Program-made: the position numbers and the translations under genes
The notes under the pieces: generated by a model
The model's input: the letters and a program-made list of their open reading frames with translations, nothing else
What the model was told of the DNA's origin: nothing
The model's database searches: none
Shown: in pieces, positions 58,596-64,000 of the stretch
How positions within the stretch are numbered: position 1 is the stretch's first letter
How the letters are laid out: every line of letters begins with the position of its first letter
NCBI GenBank assembly: GCA_965224245.1
Contig: OZ245046.1
Span: 3,008,001 to 3,072,000 of the forward strand
Origin: Candidatus Eiseniibacteriota bacterium
GTDB taxonomy: Bacteria; Eisenbacteria; RBG-16-71-46; CAZAMP01
Direction of reading: 5' to 3'
DNA: 64,000 nucleotides

Positions 58596-58847
58596 ATGAA
58601 GGACGTGATCCTCGAGTACGTTCGCAACGAATACCTCGACGAGGACGACGACGACGACATCGAGCTGAACGAGAACACGCCGCTCATCTCGAGCGGCATC
58701 GTGGACAGCTTCTCGATGGTGAGCCTAAAGCGCTTCCTGGAGAAGAAGTACGACATCACGATTCCCGATGCCGAGGCCACGCCGGACGCCTTCGACACGG
58801 TCGAGAAGATCGTCGTCCTCGTCGAGCGATTCCAGAAGGAGGGATAG
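58596..58847 (+). CDS. acyl carrier protein
   Basis: Acidic 83-aa protein with the GIVDSF phosphopantetheinylation Ser; RBS AAGGAG. Confidence 0.88.
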   Translation: MKDVILEYVRNEYLDEDDDDDIELNENTPLISSGIVDSFSMVSLKRFLEKKYDITIPDAEATPDAFDTVEKIVVLVERFQKEG

Positions 58848-58851
58848 CGCC

Positions 58852-60099
58852 ATGGCCTACCCGGCCGCGTTCAAGAAGGCCTGGGAATCCGAGCTGGCCG
58901 ACATGCGCGAGAAGGGCATCTACAAGGAAGAGCGCTTCATCCACTCGCCCCAGGCCGCGGGCATTCGTGTGGAGTATCCGGCGGGATCCGAGCTGAAGGA
59001 GGTCATCAACCTCTGCTCGAACAACTACCTCGGGCTCTCGAGCCACCCCGACGTCGTTCGGGCCGCCCACGAGGGGCTGGACGAGCGCGGCTTCGGGCTG
59101 TCCAGCGTCCGCTTCATCTGCGGCACGCAGGACATCCATCGCAAGCTCGAGAACGCGGTCACCGAGTTCCTGGGCACCGAGGACACGATCCTGTTCCCGA
59201 GCTGTCTCGACGCGAACGCCGGCGTCTTCGAGGCCATCCTGGGCCCAGAGGACATCATCATCTCCGATCGCCTGGTGCACGCCTCGATCGTGGACGGCAT
59301 CCGCCTGTGCAAGGCGCAGACGGACACCTACAAGCACGCGAACATGGCGCACCTCGAGCAGAAGCTCGAGGAGCACCAGGACAAGCGCATGCGGATGATC
59401 GTCACCGACGGCGTCTTCTCGATGGACGGCGACCTGGCTCCGATGGACCAGATCGTCGCGCTCGGCGAGAAGTACGACGCGCTCGTGTTCAGCGACGAGT
59501 GCCACTCCTCGGGCTTCATCGGCAAGACGGGTCGCGGCGTGCCCGAGCACTTCGGCGTCCACGGCAAGCTCGACGTGATCACCACCACGTTCGGCAAGGG
59601 CCTCGGCGGCGCGTCGGGCGGATGCGTCTCGGGTCGCCAGGCGGTCGTCGACCTGTGTCGCCAGCGGGCGCGCCCGTACCTCTTCTCGAACACGATGGCG
59701 CCGCCGGTGGTCGCGGGAACGCTGAAGGTGCTGGATATCCTGTCGCACACGACCGAGCGCCGCGACAAGCTGGAGGAGAACACGCGCTTCTGGCGCAAGG
59801 GGCTCGCGGAGGCCGGCTTCGTCCTGAAGGAGGGCGACAGCCCGATCGTCCCCGTGATGCTGTTCAACGCCAAGCTCAGCCAGGACGTGGCGCGCGACCT
59901 CTACGCCGAGGGTGTCTACGTCATCGGGTTCTTCTTCCCGGTGGTGGCCCAGGGCCAGGCGCGGATCCGGACGCAGCTCTCGGCCGACCACGACATCCCG
60001 ACGCTGGAGCGCGCGCTGGCCGCGTTCCGCAAGGTCGGCGAGAGGTACGGCATCCTCGGGCTGAGCAAGAAGGAGATCATCGAGACGTTCGGCGCATGA
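58852..60099 (+). CDS. kbl: glycine C-acetyltransferase-like alpha-oxoamine synthase
   Basis: NLCSNNYLGL, SVRFICGTQ, HASIVDG, DGVFSMDG, DECH, TFGKGLGG, RPYLFSN. Confidence 0.9.
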   Translation: MAYPAAFKKAWESELADMREKGIYKEERFIHSPQAAGIRVEYPAGSELKEVINLCSNNYLGLSSHPDVVRAAHEGLDERGFGLSSVRFICGTQDIHRKLENAVTEFLGTEDTILFPSCLDANAGVFEAILGPEDIIISDRLVHASIVDGIRLCKAQTDTYKHANMAHLEQKLEEHQDKRMRMIVTDGVFSMDGDLAPMDQIVALGEKYDALVFSDECHSSGFIGKTGRGVPEHFGVHGKLDVITTTFGKGLGGASGGCVSGRQAVVDLCRQRARPYLFSNTMAPPVVAGTLKVLDILSHTTERRDKLEENTRFWRKGLAEAGFVLKEGDSPIVPVMLFNAKLSQDVARDLYAEGVYVIGFFFPVVAQGQARIRTQLSADHDIPTLERALAAFRKVGERYGILGLSKKEIIETFGA

Positions 60100-60253
60100 C
60101 CGGTACCGGGGGCCCGGAGTCGAGATGCTACACTGCCCTGCCGCACGGGTGGACCCGCGCGGCGAGCGACCCCTCGCCTCGCGCGGGAGCACGCGCGGGG
60201 CCGGCGGGCGCGGCCAGGTGCGCCACGACTCCGAGCCCGAGGACGCGTCGACG

Positions 60254-62518
60254 GTGAACGATCATCGCGATCTCTGGTGGCCGTCTCCGACGATCACCCA
60301 CGGCCAGGCCGTCCGCCTGGACCTGTCCGAGCCGTTCACGGCGCACCACGGCGGAACGCTCACCGACATCCAGGTGAGCTATCAGAGCTGGGGCCCCTCG
60401 GCGGCCGCCGCCGAGGACACGGTCCTCGTCGTACATCCGATGACGGCCGACTGCCACGTCACCGGGGAGGCCTTCGGACACGATCCCGGCTGGTGGGAGC
60501 CCCTCGTGGGTCCCGGCCGCGCCATCGATACCGACCGGCACTTCGTGGTGTGCCCCAACCTCATCGGCGGCTGCTACGGCACCACGGGACCGCGCTTCCC
60601 CGCGCCTGACGGATCCCCCTACTTCGATCGCTTCCCGCTGTTGACACCGCGCGACATGATGCGCGTGCAGCGGCTCTTCCTCGACGCGATCGGCGTGCGC
60701 CACCTCCGGATGGTGATCGGCCCGTCCATGGGCGGCATGATCGCCTGGGAGTGGGCGATCGAGGCGTCGGACTGGGTCGATCGCGTCGTCGTGGTGGCGG
60801 CGCCGCTCCGGACCAGCGCCCATCAGATCGGGCTGAACTGGCTCCAGCGGCGCGGAATCGAGACCGACCTCGACGGCAACGAGGTCGTGGCCAAGGTCGG
60901 GCAGCTCCTCGCGCGGGGCGTGGGCATGCTCAGCTACCGATCCCCGGCGGGTCTCGAGGCGAAGTTCGGCCGGGAGTGGTTCACCGAGCCCGGCTCGACC
61001 CTCGGTGAGCGCGGCATGTTCAACGTGGAGTCGTGGCTCCGCCATCACGGCAAGCGCATCGCGAAGCGCTTCGATCCCTACACGTACCTGCTGTTCAGCC
61101 GCGCCATGGATCTCCACGACGTGTCGGACGGACGCGGAGACGTCATCGCCGTGCTGGACCGCGTGCGGACACGCGTCGAGGTCGTGGGGATCAGCACCGA
61201 CGCGCTCTACTCCCCAGAGGAGGTCCACTTCGGCGCGCACGTGCTCGGGCACCTGGGGCGCGACGTGCACTACTCGGAGATCCGCTCGCCGCATGGTCAC
61301 GACGCGTTCCTCCTGGAGACCGAGCAGATCGACGCGATCCTCCGCGCGGGCGACGACCGCGGACACGCGAGACCGGTCGTGGCGTCCGAGCGCCTGCGTG
61401 GCGTGCGCGTCGCGATCCTCGGCGCCGGGCGGGTGGCTCGCTCGTTCGTGGGGCTCTGCCGCGAGCGCCGCGACGGCATCGCCGATCGCAACGGCCTGGC
61501 CCTCGAGCTGACCGCGGTGGCCGACCTGGAGGAAGCCGCCCTGTCGGATCCGGCGTTCGACGGACTCGACCGCGTCCGGGATCCGGACGCGCTGGTCGAT
61601 CGCGAGGACGTGGACGTGATCGTCGACCTGACCCGGGGTCTCGGCGCGAAGCCGTTCATCGAGCGCGCCCTCCGGAGCCAACGACCCGTGGTCACCCCCA
61701 ACAAGCCGCTGGTGCGCGCGTTCGGCGACGAGCTGGAGCGGCTGGCCCTTCAGAGCGGCGTCCGCATCGCGTTTCACGACTCCATCGCCGCGGGCTGGCC
61801 CTTGATCTACACGGTCGAGCGACCGCTGGACGAGGGTCGCATCACGGGGATCCGGGCCATGCTGTCCAGCTCGATGAACGTCGCTCTGGAGGCGATCGAG
61901 AGCGGCGCCTCATTCGAGGACGCGATGGTCGACGTCGTGTCGCGCGGGCTCACCGAGCCCGATCCGGAGCTGGACGTCGTGGGCTGGGACTCGGCCCAGA
62001 AGCTGGCCATCCTCCTCGCCCACGCGCTCGAGCGCCGCTACCACGGAGACGACCTCTCGGTGCGCGGCGTCGCCGATCTCGACGTGCGCCTCGTCCGCGG
62101 CGCGGGCGAGCGCGGCTATCGCATCAAGCTCGTGGCCGCGGCCGAGTGCCGGGGCGATGAGTCCCGGGCGGCGGTGAGCCCGATGGCGGTGCGCGCCGAC
62201 GGTCACCTGGGCAGCGTGCGCGGGACCGATCACGTCGTGCTCCTGGAGACGGCCGACGGAGAGCTCGCGTACTTCGGGGCGGGCGCGGGGACGTTGCCGG
62301 TCGCGACGGCGGTCCTGAACGATCTCGTGGGGCTCTTCGATTCGTCGCACAGCTGGACCGGGACGTATCCGAGGGCGAGCGCGCCGCTCCCCGGCCTCGG
62401 GTTCTCGCGCTGGCTCACGATCGGGGAGTCGGGGAAGACGTCGATCCTGGAGACTGCCCCCACCGCGGTGACGGGGTCGCCCGATGGCCGCGCAGTCCCG
62501 ATCCTGTCCACCGACTGA
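60254..62518 (+). CDS. homoserine O-acyltransferase (MetX-like) fused to a homoserine dehydrogenase-like domain
   Basis: WWEPLVGPG, NLIGGCYGTTGP, GPSMGG, HGHDAFLLE; then ILGAGRVA, VVTPNK, TEPDPELDVVGWDSAQK. Start inferred at GTG 60254. Confidence 0.85.
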   Translation: MNDHRDLWWPSPTITHGQAVRLDLSEPFTAHHGGTLTDIQVSYQSWGPSAAAAEDTVLVVHPMTADCHVTGEAFGHDPGWWEPLVGPGRAIDTDRHFVVCPNLIGGCYGTTGPRFPAPDGSPYFDRFPLLTPRDMMRVQRLFLDAIGVRHLRMVIGPSMGGMIAWEWAIEASDWVDRVVVVAAPLRTSAHQIGLNWLQRRGIETDLDGNEVVAKVGQLLARGVGMLSYRSPAGLEAKFGREWFTEPGSTLGERGMFNVESWLRHHGKRIAKRFDPYTYLLFSRAMDLHDVSDGRGDVIAVLDRVRTRVEVVGISTDALYSPEEVHFGAHVLGHLGRDVHYSEIRSPHGHDAFLLETEQIDAILRAGDDRGHARPVVASERLRGVRVAILGAGRVARSFVGLCRERRDGIADRNGLALELTAVADLEEAALSDPAFDGLDRVRDPDALVDREDVDVIVDLTRGLGAKPFIERALRSQRPVVTPNKPLVRAFGDELERLALQSGVRIAFHDSIAAGWPLIYTVERPLDEGRITGIRAMLSSSMNVALEAIESGASFEDAMVDVVSRGLTEPDPELDVVGWDSAQKLAILLAHALERRYHGDDLSVRGVADLDVRLVRGAGERGYRIKLVAAAECRGDESRAAVSPMAVRADGHLGSVRGTDHVVLLETADGELAYFGAGAGTLPVATAVLNDLVGLFDSSHSWTGTYPRASAPLPGLGFSRWLTIGESGKTSILETAPTAVTGSPDGRAVPILSTD

Positions 62519-62550
62519 ATGGGGTGCGCCCGGTCCGACACCGGGTCGGA

Positions 62551-62870
62551 CTACGGTGCGACGCCGTCGACGATCGTCACTCGTCCCGCCCCGACGCGCT
62601 CCCCGGTGATCGCGCGCACCTCGACGAAGCCCCCCCGGCGGCACGTGCTCCCCGTAGCGGTCCCGGCCATCCCAGCTCACCACGCCCCCGGCGACACCGC
62701 CGTCACCCGCATCGCACGGCGACGGCCCGACGCGTCGAACACCGAGAGACAAACGTGAACCCCGACGGGGAGTCCCCGAGGGAGATCCACACCGCGCCGC
62801 GGGACGCGTTCGGTTGCACCCGGGTATTGATCGGCGGCCACGTCTCGTCCGGAACGCTCACGACGCCACA
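62551..62870 (-). pseudogene. frameshifted remnant of a FlgD-Ig/T9SS-type C-terminal domain
   Basis: Pieces in successive frames: VSVPD...RVQPNASRGAVWISL / LSVFDASGRR / VSWDGRDRYGEHVPPG / FVEVRAITGERVGAGRVTIV...TAG. Confidence 0.7.
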
Positions 62871-63020
62871 TCCGACTTGTAGCCGCCGGATGTCGTCGCC
62901 TCCTCGCGGCGCACGCACTGTGATCATGGGAGTTCAGCAACGACAACTAAGGAACCCACACGATCTTCGCGATAATCTCGACCCGAGTACCCGAGCCGTA
63001 GCACGTTTCGTACATCACCC

Positions 63021-64000
63021 CTAACGCAGGAGGACCGTCTTCAGGACGTGCCGTGCCCCGCGATCGGTCTCGACTCGCCACCAGTACACACCGGGGAGCG
63101 GCCGATCGGTCACATCCGACAGCGACACGAGAACCATCCCACTCCCGAATGAACGAACGAGCTGCCCGAGTCGCCGGCCCGTCACATCGAACAGTGTCAC
63201 CGAGACCTTGCCTGCGCTCGGACTGAAGAACCCCACACGATCCGATCCGATGATCATGGGCATCGCCACGGCCCGCGGAGCGCCCCACGAGAAGACGTCG
63301 TATGTGGGTGCGTCGTCGGCCACCGAGACGAGCTTGACGACAGTGCTCACAGCGCCCTCGCCGCCGTACGCCCGATAGGCAATCCAGACATTGCCATCAC
63401 CGTCCGCTGTCATCGCGATGGAGAGCTTCCCCTCGGGTGCGACCTCATTCGGGACGTCGTTCACCTGCTGGAGAGGGGACCAGAGTCCCGTGATGTGATC
63501 CCGGTACGTGTACACGATGTCGACCGACCCGAACGGGTGGTTCGTCAGCGCCGCGAGGTGGAGGTTCCCGGCTTCGTCGATAGCAAGGTGGGGTAAGTAT
63601 ACGTTCCGATCTGGTAACGCGATCTCGTGGTCTTTCGAGTACGTCCACTCATTCCCTTCCTGCGTGAACTCGACTATCTCCACGAACGCGCGGGCCTCAT
63701 GCCGGTTCCAAGCGGCCCAGAGGCACCCCCGTTCTCGATCGACCTGGATCCACGGATCGAGTCGTGTGGCTCGATCGAGCACGAACGTTCTCGCAGACCA
63801 GCCCGTAGACGTCTCCCATACCCGCAGGGTAACGTCGGTTGCCCCGTCAGGTCGGTACGACTCGGCAACGGTCAGAAACACCGCGGCGCCCTGCCATCGC
63901 TGGAGCTGCGACATGAATGACGGCGTGAAGGTTTCGCCGATGTCGAGTCGCTCATCCTCCGACCAACCGATGCGTGGATCGCCAGACACGAAAGTCCTCA
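63021..64000 (-). CDS. secreted beta-propeller-like protein with a T9SS-type C-terminal domain (5' end outside the window)
   Basis: Frame open to the window edge; LAIDEAGNLHLA and MTADGDGNVWIAY blade-like motifs; C-terminal TLFDVTGRRL...PGVYWWRV...KTVLLR; codons appear less GC-rich than the neighbours. Confidence 0.75.
   Translation of the reverse strand, partial: RTFVSGDPRIGWSEDERLDIGETFTPSFMSQLQRWQGAAVFLTVAESYRPDGATDVTLRVWETSTGWSARTFVLDRATRLDPWIQVDRERGCLWAAWNRHEARAFVEIVEFTQEGNEWTYSKDHEIALPDRNVYLPHLAIDEAGNLHLAALTNHPFGSVDIVYTYRDHITGLWSPLQQVNDVPNEVAPEGKLSIAMTADGDGNVWIAYRAYGGEGAVSTVVKLVSVADDAPTYDVFSWGAPRAVAMPMIIGSDRVGFFSPSAGKVSVTLFDVTGRRLGQLVRSFGSGMVLVSLSDVTDRPLPGVYWWRVETDRGARHVLKTVLLR

Noticed and set aside
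60100-60253. SAM riboswitch upstream of the metX fusion
   Set aside because: No SAM-I-like core (AUC.AGAG...GCAACC) visible.

Overview
A high-GC (visually about 70%) chromosomal segment, mostly housekeeping genes. The gene content (C25 gingipain/PorU-like protease, FlgD-Ig/T9SS-like C-terminal domains, a SWxxIKxLY C-terminal tail, a dockerin-like secreted protein) suggests an FCB-group candidate phylum such as Eisenbacteria, Krumholzibacteriota or Latescibacterota; this is inference only. Recognised blocks: ugd; a TPR lipoprotein; pyrR-pyrB-pyrC with a PyrR-binding RNA; recO; apgM; acyl-CoA dehydrogenase; aspS-phoH-7TM/HD-ybeY-CBS-CBS-DUF502; HU; a GGDEF cyclase; three tandem PpiC-type foldases; tRNA-Val(TAC); yggS-divIVA-PNP-lspA-rluD-STAS-anti-sigma-ruvX-mltG-larE; an ABC exporter; a TPR-CHAT protein; two ZIP transporters; an acyl-adenylase/ACP/kbl-like cluster; and a metX-hom fusion. 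The standout is a candidate sigma-54 signalling circuit. A small secreted peptide gene lies directly upstream of a TPR-GAF-AAA+ enhancer-binding protein, behind a sigma-54-like promoter with three copies of a 19-bp imperfect palindrome. The same palindrome recurs 18 kb away, upstream of a consensus sigma-54 promoter that precedes a roughly 420-nt, highly structured, GGA-rich region with no convincing protein. This would fit an undescribed peptide-sensing enhancer-binding protein driving an sRNA, a quorum-sensing-like system. It is a hypothesis from sequence alone.
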